DNA of 64,000 nt from Opitutia bacterium (lineage in GTDB: Bacteria; Verrucomicrobiota; Verrucomicrobiia; Opitutales; Opitutaceae). The notes under the pieces are model-generated. The model saw nothing but the letters and a program-made list of their open reading frames with translations, was not told where the DNA came from and searched no databases. Below are positions 7,406-17,308 of this stretch, in pieces (position 1 is the stretch's first letter; each line of letters opens with the position of its first letter). A program made the position numbers and the translations under genes. The stretch is from the NCBI GenBank assembly GCA_947478395.1, contig CANJVR010000003.1, positions 64,001 to 128,000 on the forward strand. The letters are read 5' to 3'.

Positions 7406-10390
7406 TTAGAACTGTTTGCGGAGACCGACGTAGAAGAACCGGCCGGCAGGGCGGGCAATCTGCCCCTGGTCGTACCCAACGCCGTTGTAGTAGAGCGGTG
7501 GCTCCTTGTCGAAGGCGTTGTCCACGCCAAGGGTGAGGCGGGTGTTGTTCAGCCAATCCGAAACGCCGGCGGGCAGATCGTAGGCAAAGTACGCGCCGGT
7601 CGTGTAGTAGCGGGCCACCTCATAACCGTCGCGGTTGAAGTCGCCGTAATGGTTGGTGAAGTTGTGGCTGATGCCGGCGTGGTACTGCTTCAGCTCCCAG
7701 TCAAAGGTGCTGGAGATCTTGTAGCGGGGGTAGCCATCGCGACCGGCAAGGTTGGCGGGCGCCACCGCGGGAGTGCGGGTGAAACCGTAGAACTTCGTGT
7801 AGGTGGCGGTGCTCCGGAGGTTGAAGCGACCGTAGTTGGTGGTCTTCACATTATAGATCAGCTCCAAATCGTAACCCTCGACTTTTTGGTAGGCGAGATT
7901 CACGACGCGATCGAGCAGCGACTGGATGCGGCCGGGGACGGTGACCGTCTGGCCGGGGGCGACCGGAGTGGTGGCTCCATTGGGGCCACTCAGGACGTTG
8001 ATCGAGGCCGCCGTGTTGTTGGTGTAGGTCTCGGTGCCCGGATCGCGGACGACGAGATCGGCCGTGCCGCCGCCCACTTCATTCGAGCGAACGTAGGTGG
8101 TGCCGGTGGTGGTGATGATGTCCTGCTGCTCGATGTGGAAGAACGACGAGCCGACCGACAGGCCTTTCAAGTACTTGAACGGCAGATCGTAGACGAAACC
8201 GTATTGGTAGGTCTTGGCGGTTTCGGGGGTGAGATTCGGATTGCCGCCGGCGCGCACGAGGCGCTGGGTCGCGGCGCCGTCAAATGGATCGCCGGTCAGA
8301 GCCTGCGGACGGCGCAAGTCGGCCAACCCGTTGGGCAAGGACTGGCTTTCGCCACCGAAGAGCTGCGGCAGGGTCGGCGCCCGGAAGGTGCGGCTGAGCG
8401 AGCCACGGAGAAGGAGGTCCTTGATCGGCTGATAACGGAGGCCGAAGTAGGGCTTGATGCCGCTGTTGTAGCCTTCGCTAAAGCTCTCGTAACGGGCGGC
8501 AGCGCTGAGTTCGGCCTTGTAGAGAAGGGGCAGAACGGCGGTCTTCACGAGGGGGATGCGCGTCTCGGCGGCGACGGATTTGACCGTGCGGCGGGATTGC
8601 GTGGCATCGGCGAGGCGGACCTGGCCGATGATGTCGTCGAGGGACGTGGAGATGGCGTCGTTGGCGACGTTGAATTTCTCTTTGCGCGCTTCGGCGTAGA
8701 GCGCGAGGCCGATGGCGCCGGTCGGCAGTTCAAACACTTCGCCGGAGACTTTTCCGTCCCATTCATCCAACGAGGCCGTACCGGCCTTCTGCTGCTGAAC
8801 CCGGAGGCCGTTAAGCGTCGAGGCGGAATTCTTGAAGCCCGGGCCACCGAAGATGTTCAGCGCATCCGGCGTGCTCTTGGCGAGCGACGCGCGGAGGCGG
8901 CTTTCCGACATGGCGTTCGTCGTGACATCGGTGTTCTGGTCGTAGCTGTAGGAGTAGCCTGCGTCCCAATCGAACTTGTTGAAGATGGTACCTTGGGCGC
9001 CGAGGAGGATGCGATAGCTGTCGTCGGTGATGTCGGCCTTGCGGGCGCCGAAGTCATTCGGACGATAGTTGAAGGACACATCGACGCCGAAGGGATTCCA
9101 ATAATTGGTCTTCGGGACAACGATGTTGTTGTCACCCGCGGTCGAGATCGGCGAAGGCGCGAGCTCGATGTGGGATTTCAACTGCTGGTACGAGGTCTCG
9201 GCGTAGAACGCCATCGTCTTCGTCACGTCGTAGCGGAAGGTGTTATAAATACCCGTGCGCTGAACCTCGGGCGTCAGCCAGACCCATTCCTGGAAGTTGT
9301 AGAGGTTGGAAGGGTTGCTCTGTGGCGTGAGGATCTGGGCCACGTAGGTGCTGGCGAGCGAAGCGTTGAACACGCCGCCCGAACCGATCTGGGACGGGTT
9401 GGTGAACGCTGGGGTGGCCGAGGCCAGAGAGCCAGGGACCGTGCCACCGACGCCGGGAAGGCGGGTGATCGCGGCGCCCACGGCCAAGCCGGGGATGTTG
9501 ACGCCGTTGGTGCCGTTGATCTGACCGGCGGCGGGACCCGTGAGGCCGATGCGGGCCTGGGGACCGGTGCCGGAGCGCAGATCGTAGCTGCCGGCGGCGA
9601 CGCCATCGGCATATTGCGCGCCTTTGGCGAGGTAGCGCTTGGAGAGGTCGGCGTTGGAGCCGAACGAGGTGTCAACGCCTTTGACCGCGCCGCGCTCGAA
9701 GAAGCTGATCCCCATCGTCGCACTGGCCTTGCCGGACGCTGCACCAGCAAAGATCGAGAAGGTCTTCTCGCCCGCATCGGTCTTGGTGGAATTGCCGTAC
9801 GTGGAGCTCACTTCGACGCCATTGTAGTCTTTCCGCAGGATGATGTTCACGACACCGGCGGTGGCGTCAGCGCCGTAGATGGCAGAGGCGCCGTCCTTCA
9901 AGATTTCGACGCGCTCGACCATCGAGATGGGGAAGCGGTTGAGATCGACGAAGGTGGTGCCGCCGGAAGCGTTGGCGGTGACAACCGTGCGGCGACCGTT
10001 GACGATCACGAGCGTGTTGTTGGCGCCGAGATTGCGAAGGCTGAGCGCCGTGGAGCCGCGGACGGCGGCCGTGGTGCCACCCTCGTTGATGCCGGTGAGC
10101 GTGGCTTCGGGCATGTCACGAAGAAGATCCGTGAGATTGGTGCGGCCCGAGGTCTCGATTTCCTGACGGGAGATAACCTTGATAGGTGAAGGACCTTCGG
10201 CGTCGGCGCGCTTGATGCGCGAACCCGTAACCTCGTATTTCTCAAGATTCTGGATATCGGACTCCGATTTGGTTACTTCGGTGGATTTGACCACGGGCTT
10301 GTCCTGTGCGGCGAGGGCGCCGACAGCGAAGCCCATGACCAAAACGAGACGCAGGGCGTCGGACGCAGCTTTTTGCAGCGATTGGTTCAT
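7406..10390 (-). CDS. TonB-dependent receptor
   Basis: EVTGSRIKR TonB-box region, plug motifs LRNLG..NTLVIVNGRR and VERVEILKDGASAIYGADA, C-terminal GRFFYVGLRKQF. Start ATG 10390. Confidence 0.93.
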   Translation of the reverse strand: MNQSLQKAASDALRLVLVMGFAVGALAAQDKPVVKSTEVTKSESDIQNLEKYEVTGSRIKRADAEGPSPIKVISRQEIETSGRTNLTDLLRDMPEATLTGINEGGTTAAVRGSTALSLRNLGANNTLVIVNGRRTVVTANASGGTTFVDLNRFPISMVERVEILKDGASAIYGADATAGVVNIILRKDYNGVEVSSTYGNSTKTDAGEKTFSIFAGAASGKASATMGISFFERGAVKGVDTSFGSNADLSKRYLAKGAQYADGVAAGSYDLRSGTGPQARIGLTGPAAGQINGTNGVNIPGLAVGAAITRLPGVGGTVPGSLASATPAFTNPSQIGSGGVFNASLASTYVAQILTPQSNPSNLYNFQEWVWLTPEVQRTGIYNTFRYDVTKTMAFYAETSYQQLKSHIELAPSPISTAGDNNIVVPKTNYWNPFGVDVSFNYRPNDFGARKADITDDSYRILLGAQGTIFNKFDWDAGYSYSYDQNTDVTTNAMSESRLRASLAKSTPDALNIFGGPGFKNSASTLNGLRVQQQKAGTASLDEWDGKVSGEVFELPTGAIGLALYAEARKEKFNVANDAISTSLDDIIGQVRLADATQSRRTVKSVAAETRIPLVKTAVLPLLYKAELSAAARYESFSEGYNSGIKPYFGLRYQPIKDLLLRGSLSRTFRAPTLPQLFGGESQSLPNGLADLRRPQALTGDPFDGAATQRLVRAGGNPNLTPETAKTYQYGFVYDLPFKYLKGLSVGSSFFHIEQQDIITTTGTTYVRSNEVGGGTADLVVRDPGTETYTNNTAASINVLSGPNGATTPVAPGQTVTVPGRIQSLLDRVVNLAYQKVEGYDLELIYNVKTTNYGRFNLRSTATYTKFYGFTRTPAVAPANLAGRDGYPRYKISSTFDWELKQYHAGISHNFTNHYGDFNRDGYEVARYYTTGAYFAYDLPAGVSDWLNNTRLTLGVDNAFDKEPPLYYNGVGYDQGQIARPAGRFFYVGLRKQF

Positions 10391-10582
10391 AGCTAGTTTA
10401 GGTTGTGGGTTAGGCTCAGCATGAAACTCCCGCCGAGCAGCTTTAGTTTTTAACCAGCAAAAAATTGGTGGCATGTGTGTCATAATCAATCCCGAATTCA
10501 CCTGTCTTTAACCTGTCCGTAACGTGCCTTTCCGAAAGTTGACTCCTCGGACAAACCTAGCTGAGTGCCATTAAACCCACCC

Positions 10583-12685
10583 ATGAAGACTCAATTCGCC
10601 CGCCTGCTGCTGACTCTGATCGTCACTGCACTGACCGGCCTCCCGCGTCTCATCCAAGCCGCGCCCGCACCGCTCATTCCACTCGAAATCCTGTTCGCCG
10701 ATCCCGACATGCAGGCGATCACCCTATCACCGACCGGCCGCTATCTCACTTGGCTGGCCCCGAAAAATCAGCGCATTAACCTCGCGATTATGGATCGTGA
10801 AACGAAGCAGGTCCGCTGGCTCACCAACATGAAGGAAGAAAGCGTCGTCGCCTACCAGTGGGCCAAAAAAGACCGGATCCTGTTTTCCCAACAATTCGCC
10901 GGTCGTGAGGTATACGGCATGTTCGCGTGCGATCCCGACGGCGGGAATCTGCTCGTGATCAACAAACTCGAGCGCATCGAGGCCACGCCCGACGGCGCCG
11001 GCGAGGGCGAACCGCCCGGCAGCGAGCGCGATCTGGTCAAATCGCTGGTCAACCTCATGCCGAGTGACCCCGACCACATTCTCATGAACCGCGTCCGCGG
11101 GCTGTCCTTCCTTGGCGACCTCGTGAAAGTCAACATTCGCACCGGCAAGGAATCGATCGAGGAGCGCAATTACATCGGCGCCCGCACGTGGATCGCCGAC
11201 CGCAACGGCGTGGTGCGCGTCGCCATCTGCACCGATTTTGAGGAGCCCGTGCGCGTGAAATACCGGTCTGATGCGAAGAGCGAGTGGCGCACCATCGGGG
11301 AATTCAGCAAGGAAACTTCTATCTTTCTTGAAGAAGCCGCACCCATCGAACCGCACTGGCGTCCCAGCGTGTTCGCCAAAGACAACCGCACGCTATTCGT
11401 GAAAACTTTCATGGAGCACGACAAGTCGGCCCTGCGCACGCTCGATCCCGAGACTGGCACGTGGGGCCCCATCCTATTTACCCACCCCCGCGTCGAACTG
11501 GGCGACCGCCTCGGCAACTACCGCCGCGGCGGCATTTCGTCCCGCGCCGCGCTTGACGGTTTGATTTTCAACAACAGCGGCGAACTCGCGGGCGTCGCCT
11601 ACGACGACGAATATCCCGAGGTCGAATGGCTCGACCCCAAGATGGCCAAACTCGCGCATGACCTAGACACCGCACTCCCGGGCACGCGCAACGCCATTGT
11701 CAGCACCACGAGCGACGGCAATCTCATGGTTGTGCGCGCCGCCAGCGAACGCGACCCGGGCACGTTCTACCTTTACGATGCAGCCAAACAGGAGCTGAGC
11801 GAAATCGGCCAGGCGCGAAAAGGAATCAATCCAAAGCAAATGGCCGAAATGCGCCCCATCCGCTTCAAGGCCCGCGACGGACTCGAAATCCCCGGCTACC
11901 TCACCGTGCCTGCCGGCCGGGAAGCGAAGAATCTGCCGATGATTCTTGTGCCGCATGGCGGCCCGTTTGGTCCGCGCGACACGTGGGCCTACAGCGACCA
12001 GATTCAATACCTCGCCAACCGCGGCTACGCGGTCCTCCAGGTGAATTACCGCGGCAGCGGCGGCTACGGCCTCGCGTTTCAGCTCGGCGGCTACAAGCAA
12101 TGGGGCCGGAAAATGCAGGACGATCTGAGCGATGGCGTGAAATGGTGCATCGCGGAAGGCATCGCCGACGCCAATCACGTCGGTATCTTCGGCGCAAGCT
12201 ACGGCGGCTACGCCGTGCTCGCCGGCCTCACCCTCACCCCCGAGCTCTACTGCTGCGGCGTGGACTACGTGGGCGTGGCCGATCTCGAACTGCGCCAGGG
12301 CGCGAACACATTCTCGCCACCGCGCATCATCCGCGAAGGCGCCGCCATCCGTGACCTTGATCCATTAAGAGACGCCGCCATCATTCGCGCCACGAGCCCC
12401 GCCGCCCACGTGCAAAACGTCCGCGCGCCGCTCTTCGCGGCGTACGGGAAGAATGACCCGCGCGTACGTTTCGAGCAATGGCAGGTGCTCGAATCACGAC
12501 TCAAGCAGTACGGCAAAACCTACGAAGTCATGATCGCTGAAAACGAGGGCCACGGTTTCCGTAAACTGGAGAACAAACTGGAATTCTACCGCCGCGTGGA
12601 GGACTTCCTCGCGCGCAACATGACCACCAAGGAAGGCAGCGTTAAAATCGGCGCACCGGTGATTGTGCACGATAAAACCAAGTAG
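10583..12685 (+). CDS. Secreted S9 family peptidase (dipeptidyl aminopeptidase/acylaminoacyl peptidase-like)
   Basis: Signal peptide, PHGGP, NYRGSGGYG, catalytic GASYGG, DPRV, EGHGF. Confidence 0.92.
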   Translation: MKTQFARLLLTLIVTALTGLPRLIQAAPAPLIPLEILFADPDMQAITLSPTGRYLTWLAPKNQRINLAIMDRETKQVRWLTNMKEESVVAYQWAKKDRILFSQQFAGREVYGMFACDPDGGNLLVINKLERIEATPDGAGEGEPPGSERDLVKSLVNLMPSDPDHILMNRVRGLSFLGDLVKVNIRTGKESIEERNYIGARTWIADRNGVVRVAICTDFEEPVRVKYRSDAKSEWRTIGEFSKETSIFLEEAAPIEPHWRPSVFAKDNRTLFVKTFMEHDKSALRTLDPETGTWGPILFTHPRVELGDRLGNYRRGGISSRAALDGLIFNNSGELAGVAYDDEYPEVEWLDPKMAKLAHDLDTALPGTRNAIVSTTSDGNLMVVRAASERDPGTFYLYDAAKQELSEIGQARKGINPKQMAEMRPIRFKARDGLEIPGYLTVPAGREAKNLPMILVPHGGPFGPRDTWAYSDQIQYLANRGYAVLQVNYRGSGGYGLAFQLGGYKQWGRKMQDDLSDGVKWCIAEGIADANHVGIFGASYGGYAVLAGLTLTPELYCCGVDYVGVADLELRQGANTFSPPRIIREGAAIRDLDPLRDAAIIRATSPAAHVQNVRAPLFAAYGKNDPRVRFEQWQVLESRLKQYGKTYEVMIAENEGHGFRKLENKLEFYRRVEDFLARNMTTKEGSVKIGAPVIVHDKTK

Positions 12686-12861
12686 AGTCCTCCCTCACCA
12701 TTGGGCGCCGCGGCGGCGAGATCAGGGTCAAAAACCTGATTTCTGCGGTGCGGTCATTTTGATTCCACCTAGCAATTACAAGAGCCACCCATGCACTGCA
12801 CCGCGGTTCACCAGTTTGGTTTTCCACTCACCCGCCGAGTCGCCACCGGCGGCATGTCCGC

Positions 12862-13866
12862 ATGAAAGAGCTAGCGGCAGTCCTGCGTGACCTCGTCCGT
12901 GAAGGGCGCGCACCCGGGGTGCTCGCCACGCTCGTGTCAGTCGCCGGATCGTCCTACCGCCGCCCCGGCGCACGCCTGCTGCTCACTGCAGAGGGCCGGC
13001 GCCTCGGCTCAATCAGCGGCGGCTGCCTCGAGGAAGACGTTCTCGTTCGCGCCCAACGCGTCGCCGTCACCGGCCAGGGCGAACTCATCACCTATGATAC
13101 TTCGGCCGAAAACGACCTAGTCTGGGGGGTGGGTCTCGGTTGTCACGGTGTCGTGCAGATCCTCCTCGAAAGGCTGCCGCAAAAACCAACGTGGCTCGAA
13201 GTGTTGTCCGCCAATCTCGCCCTGCGACGCCCAACTCCGCTGGCCGTGGTTTGGCGCGCCGCCGATCCCGCCGCACTCGGGACCCACCTTGCAGCCGAAT
13301 TGACATCGGCCGCCAAACCTTCGCCCGACTCCACGGCGGAGATTTTTTTTGACACCATCGCTCCGCCGCCCGCCCTCACCATTTTCGGCGCCGGCGACGA
13401 CGCCATGCCTCTGTCGCGTTTGGTGAAAGAACTCGGCTGGCACCTCACGATCGCCGACCCACGCGCCGCGTTCGCGACGAGCGACCGCTTTCCGCTGGCG
13501 GATAAAATCATCGTTGCCCCGGCAAACGAACTCGTGGGCCGCGCGCCGTTGGATTCCGAGAGCCTCGCCGTGGTGATGACTCACCATTACGTTCACGACC
13601 GTCCGATTCTGGCGGAATTGCTGCAACGTCCCCTCGCCTACGCCGGCCTGCTTGGTCCCAGAAAACGCGCAGGGCAAATTCTCGATGACCTCGGTCATTC
13701 CATTTCCGCGGACCAACGCGCCCGCCTGCACGCCCCCGTTGGCCTAGATCTTGGCGCGGAAACTCCCGAGGAGGTGGCACTGAGCATTCTCGCCGAGATG
13801 TGCTCCGTCCTTCGTCAACGCGACGGTCGCCCCCTCCGCGAGAGAATGCGTCCGATCCATGACTAA
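12862..13866 (+). CDS. XdhC/CoxI family molybdo-hydroxylase maturation factor
   Basis: GSSYRRPGA, GSISGGCLE, GLGCHG, GAGDDA, MTHHY, APVGLDLGAETPEEVALSI. Confidence 0.9.
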   Translation: MKELAAVLRDLVREGRAPGVLATLVSVAGSSYRRPGARLLLTAEGRRLGSISGGCLEEDVLVRAQRVAVTGQGELITYDTSAENDLVWGVGLGCHGVVQILLERLPQKPTWLEVLSANLALRRPTPLAVVWRAADPAALGTHLAAELTSAAKPSPDSTAEIFFDTIAPPPALTIFGAGDDAMPLSRLVKELGWHLTIADPRAAFATSDRFPLADKIIVAPANELVGRAPLDSESLAVVMTHHYVHDRPILAELLQRPLAYAGLLGPRKRAGQILDDLGHSISADQRARLHAPVGLDLGAETPEEVALSILAEMCSVLRQRDGRPLRERMRPIHD

Positions 13867-14470
13867 CCTCACTCCGAGGCCCTCACTTCGTTTCGGCGCG
13901 ATCATCCTCGCGGCTGGCGCATCGACCCGGATGGGCGAGCCCAAGCAGCTGCTACCGCTGGACGGAAAGCCACTCGTGGTGCGTGCAGCCGAAATTGCAC
14001 TGGCTGCCTCCGCCTGGCCGGTGGTGGTGGTGTTGGGCGCCCACGCCGAAAAAATTCGGCCCACGCTCGCCCGCCTGCCGGTCCTGATCGCCGAAAATCC
14101 CGCGTGGCCCGAGGGCATGGCAGCGTCGATTCGGGTCGGCATTACGACCCTGCAACAATTTTCCCGCACGCTTGATGCCGCCCTGATCGCGCTCTGCGAC
14201 CAGCCGGCCTTCACCTCCGCAGTGATTGGCCAACTCCTCGCGGCGCAACGTTCCACGGGGCGAACCATCGTGGCGGCCCGCTATTCCGGACGGCACGGAG
14301 CGCCGGCGCTACTGTTGCGTGACCATTTTCCTGCGCTGACTGCACTCACGGGAGAATCAGGCGCGCGCGATCTACTCAATGATCCATCCGGCCAGGTGAC
14401 TTCGGTCGAACTGCCCGCGCTCGCCCAGGATCTCGATACACCCGCTGATTACGCGGCCCTGAAAAAGTGA
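13859..14470 (+). CDS. Molybdenum cofactor cytidylyltransferase-like (MocA/YgfJ) nucleotidyltransferase
   Basis: ILAAGASTRMGEPKQLL, NPAWPEGMAASI, LCDQP, DLDTPADY. Confidence 0.88.
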   Translation: MTNLTPRPSLRFGAIILAAGASTRMGEPKQLLPLDGKPLVVRAAEIALAASAWPVVVVLGAHAEKIRPTLARLPVLIAENPAWPEGMAASIRVGITTLQQFSRTLDAALIALCDQPAFTSAVIGQLLAAQRSTGRTIVAARYSGRHGAPALLLRDHFPALTALTGESGARDLLNDPSGQVTSVELPALAQDLDTPADYAALKK

Positions 14471-14530
14471 ATACAGACCGGGTGAGAGCGGGCCGCCCGT
14501 GACGCCATCGGCTTAAATTCCATTCCGCCC

Positions 14531-15199
14531 ATGACCTTGCTCGATCTTTCCCAGCCTCTCTTCGACAACGCGCCCAATTGTCCGGTGCATCCGCCCGTCT
14601 CGTTTCGCCGCACGGCGGACCACCCCTCGGACGGCTGGCGAATGGAGGAAATCGCGATGGCCACGCACACGGGCAGCCATCTCGATGCCCCGCTCCACAA
14701 AATCGCCGGTGGTGCCAGCATCTCAGATCTGCCGTTGTCCACTTTTGTGGGCCCGGCCCGGATCGCCGATCTTCGCGGGTTGGCTCCGGATACACCCATC
14801 ACGCCGGAATTGCTTGCCCCCCGTTTGCCCGGGCTCGCCGTGAACGATATTGTCCTTCTCGCCACCGGATGGGGAGACCGTCGCGCCAAGACCGAGGAGT
14901 GGCTGCACCATCCACCTTTTTTGCATCCCACGGGGGCCCGGTGGTTGGTGGAGCAACGCGTGCGTGGCGTGGGCATCGATCACTATTCGATCGGCAGCCT
15001 TGGCCCGCTGAACGACGAGACCCATACGCTTCTGCTCGGCGCCGGGGTGTGGATCGTCGAGGAGCTGAAGTTTCCGGCCGCCGCCTTCACCCTTCCGCAA
15101 CCCGTGAAATTCTGGGCGCTGCCCCTCAACTGGCCCGGATGTTCCGGCGCGTTTTGTCGGCCAGTGATCGAAGTGAGTGAAGCGATTACCCGCGGTTAG
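14531..15199 (+). CDS. Cyclase family metal-dependent hydrolase (kynurenine formamidase-like)
   Basis: DLSQP, HTGSHLDAPLH, GVGID, H..LL..GVWIVE. Confidence 0.88.
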   Translation: MTLLDLSQPLFDNAPNCPVHPPVSFRRTADHPSDGWRMEEIAMATHTGSHLDAPLHKIAGGASISDLPLSTFVGPARIADLRGLAPDTPITPELLAPRLPGLAVNDIVLLATGWGDRRAKTEEWLHHPPFLHPTGARWLVEQRVRGVGIDHYSIGSLGPLNDETHTLLLGAGVWIVEELKFPAAAFTLPQPVKFWALPLNWPGCSGAFCRPVIEVSEAITRG

Positions 15200-15204
15200 C
15201 GGTG

Positions 15205-15299
15205 AGAGCGGTTTCACCCAAGGCGTCACCGCTGACGAAGTAGCGGCAGGCAGGGACGCCGGTCGCGACCCAAAACGGCCCCGGAAACATAAACCGCCC
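15205..15299 (+). mobile_element. MITE-like element copy A (internally deleted)
   Basis: AGAGCGGTTT...AAACCGCCC termini. Co-linear with 17167-17308 but lacks the segment between the CGGCAGGC direct repeats. Confidence 0.6.
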
Positions 15300-15404
15300 G
15301 CATGCGGCTAAAAAGCGTCGCCCCCTTTCGGTTCGCGGCGGAAGCCTGCGCCACAGCCGCACTCAGAACTTGCGCGGTGCGGGGGAACGTTTCCCTTCTC
15401 CCGC

Positions 15405-15833
15405 ATGAAAGTGTCGTTCACGGCCAAGGAATATACCCGCGTGCTCGAATTGACTCAGATGGGTCTGTGGGTCGCCGCGAAGGCGACGGATCGCTATGCG
15501 GAGGTCGAACAGACGTTGCTCGCGTTCGCCACTCCGCTCGGATGCGCGGATTTGGTCGAAGGGGACGAGGGCGACTTGAGGCCGTCCGAAAAATTGGAAA
15601 CCGGAACCATCGCGAAAAAAATAATGGAGTTTAGCGAAGACGTTTTCTGGCGCGAGTTAGTCGAACGCTTAGCCGAACGAGACCTCCGCGGCGAACTCGG
15701 TCCGACGAAACTCACGGACGAACTGAGCGCCAAAGAAACCCAGCGGCTGGAGGAAATCGAAGAGGGCTATTGGCGGGATTTCGAAGCCCACGGCACCGAT
15801 CACTTGGTCCTGTTAAAGGGCGGGCGGGGCTGA
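15405..15833 (+). CDS. Acidic hypothetical protein
   Basis: 142-aa ORF with protein-like composition (FWRELVERLAERD, EEGYWRDF); no family recognised. Confidence 0.7.
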   Translation: MKVSFTAKEYTRVLELTQMGLWVAAKATDRYAEVEQTLLAFATPLGCADLVEGDEGDLRPSEKLETGTIAKKIMEFSEDVFWRELVERLAERDLRGELGPTKLTDELSAKETQRLEEIEEGYWRDFEAHGTDHLVLLKGGRG

Positions 15834-16222
15834 GAACGGAGATCGGCGCTAGTCCCAACCGGGCTTTTGCGACCCGAGAAATCCCGCGCTGGAAACCGCC
15901 CCAGATTCCACGCACCCACTCGCCCCATGAGACCATTCGGAACGCGCCGCGCGCACATCAAATCGAAGCTCAACCTTGGAAACACCATGCAGCTCGCGCG
16001 ATGCTGCATCCGCTGGGTCGAGGACGCTTCAGACGCCGCCCCCGCGGATCGTCCGATCGGAGCGAGTGACAGCGACCGCCGATCAATCGCGCGTTCGCCC
16101 CGGCCACGCTCGATCCGGAAGTCAACGGCCGCCAGATCACTTGGGTTAAACTCCGGCGATGATGTTTGGAATTTTTCGATTTTATTCGTGCCCTTGCCGG
16201 CCTTTCCCGCCCAATTTCCGCC

Positions 16223-17170
16223 ATGTCCGCTGCCATCGCCCGCCCCGCTCTCATCGTCGCCGACCGCTGGCGCGACTACCAGGTGCTGGAATGCGGCGAC
16301 GGATTAAAACAGGAGCGCTGGGGCGCGTATACTCTCGTCCGACCCGATCCACAGATCATCTGGCCGAGGCATCGTTCGACCACGCTCACCACGGGTGGCG
16401 CGAAGTGGGAGAACTGGGACGGCTTCTACCACCGCAGCGACCAAGGCGGTGGTCGTTGGGAATTTCGCCGCCCCCTGCCCGATCATTGGAAGATCGCCTA
16501 CGAGTCGCTCGGCCTGACTTTTCGCATTCATCCCACCAGCTTCAAACACACCGGGCTTTTCCCCGAGCAGGCGGTTAACTGGGAGTGGTTCAGCGCGAAG
16601 ATCAAAGCCGCGCGCGCGGGCTCCGGTGAACCCCATCAAACCGCCGGCCGGCCGATCAGTGTCCTCAATCTTTTCGGTTACACGGGCGCGGCCACCTGCG
16701 CCGCCGCCAAGGCCGGCGCGAGCGTTGTCCACGTCGATGCCGCTGAGGGCATGGTCAAATGGTGCAAGGAAAACGCCGCGCTCAGCGGGCTGGCCGACGC
16801 ACCGATCAGGTACTTGGTGGACGACTGCCTGAAATTCGCGCGGCGCGAACAAAAGCGCGGGCGAAAATACGACGCCATCATCATGGATCCGCCCACCTAC
16901 GGCCGCGGGTCGACCGGCGAAATGTGGAAACTCGAGGAGCACCTCTGGGAACTCCTCACCGAGTGCCGCGCCCTGCTCAGTGAGCAACCGCTGTTCTTTC
17001 TGATCAACGCTTACACCGCGCGGCTTTCCCCCACCGTTGTCGCCAATCTCCTCGCCGAGCTCATGGACGGACGCGGCGGCACGATCACCGCCGGCGAAGT
17101 CGGCCTGCCGATTCAAGGCGACGGCAAAGTTCTCCCCTGCGGGATCTACGGCCGCTGGGAAACCGGCTAG
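16223..17170 (+). CDS. Class I SAM-dependent methyltransferase (RlmI/YwbD-like)
   Basis: RPDPQIIW, FKHTGLFPEQAVNW, VLNLFGYTG, VHVDA, MDPPTYGRG. Start ATG 16223. Confidence 0.88.
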   Translation: MSAAIARPALIVADRWRDYQVLECGDGLKQERWGAYTLVRPDPQIIWPRHRSTTLTTGGAKWENWDGFYHRSDQGGGRWEFRRPLPDHWKIAYESLGLTFRIHPTSFKHTGLFPEQAVNWEWFSAKIKAARAGSGEPHQTAGRPISVLNLFGYTGAATCAAAKAGASVVHVDAAEGMVKWCKENAALSGLADAPIRYLVDDCLKFARREQKRGRKYDAIIMDPPTYGRGSTGEMWKLEEHLWELLTECRALLSEQPLFFLINAYTARLSPTVVANLLAELMDGRGGTITAGEVGLPIQGDGKVLPCGIYGRWETG

Positions 17171-17308
17171 AACGGCTTAACGAAAAGCGGAGCCGCTAAC
17201 GACGTTTCGGCAGGCGTCCCGGCCTGCCGAAACGAGAACGCCGAACCCGGCAGGCAGAGACGCCTGCCGCTACCAAAAACGGCCACGGAAAAACTTAAAC
17301 CGCTCTAG
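17167..17308 (+). mobile_element. MITE-like element copy B (longest, 142 bp)
   Basis: 14-bp imperfect terminal inverted repeats CTAGAACGGCTTAA / TTAAACCGCTCTAG enclosing a palindrome pair CGGCAGGCGTCCCGGCCTGCCG ... CGGCAGGCAGAGACGCCTGCCGCTAC. Confidence 0.7.

Noticed and set aside
7649..10189. 846-aa plus-strand ORF opposite the TBDR
   Set aside because: Antisense shadow caused by strong GC3 codon bias; no recognisable motifs
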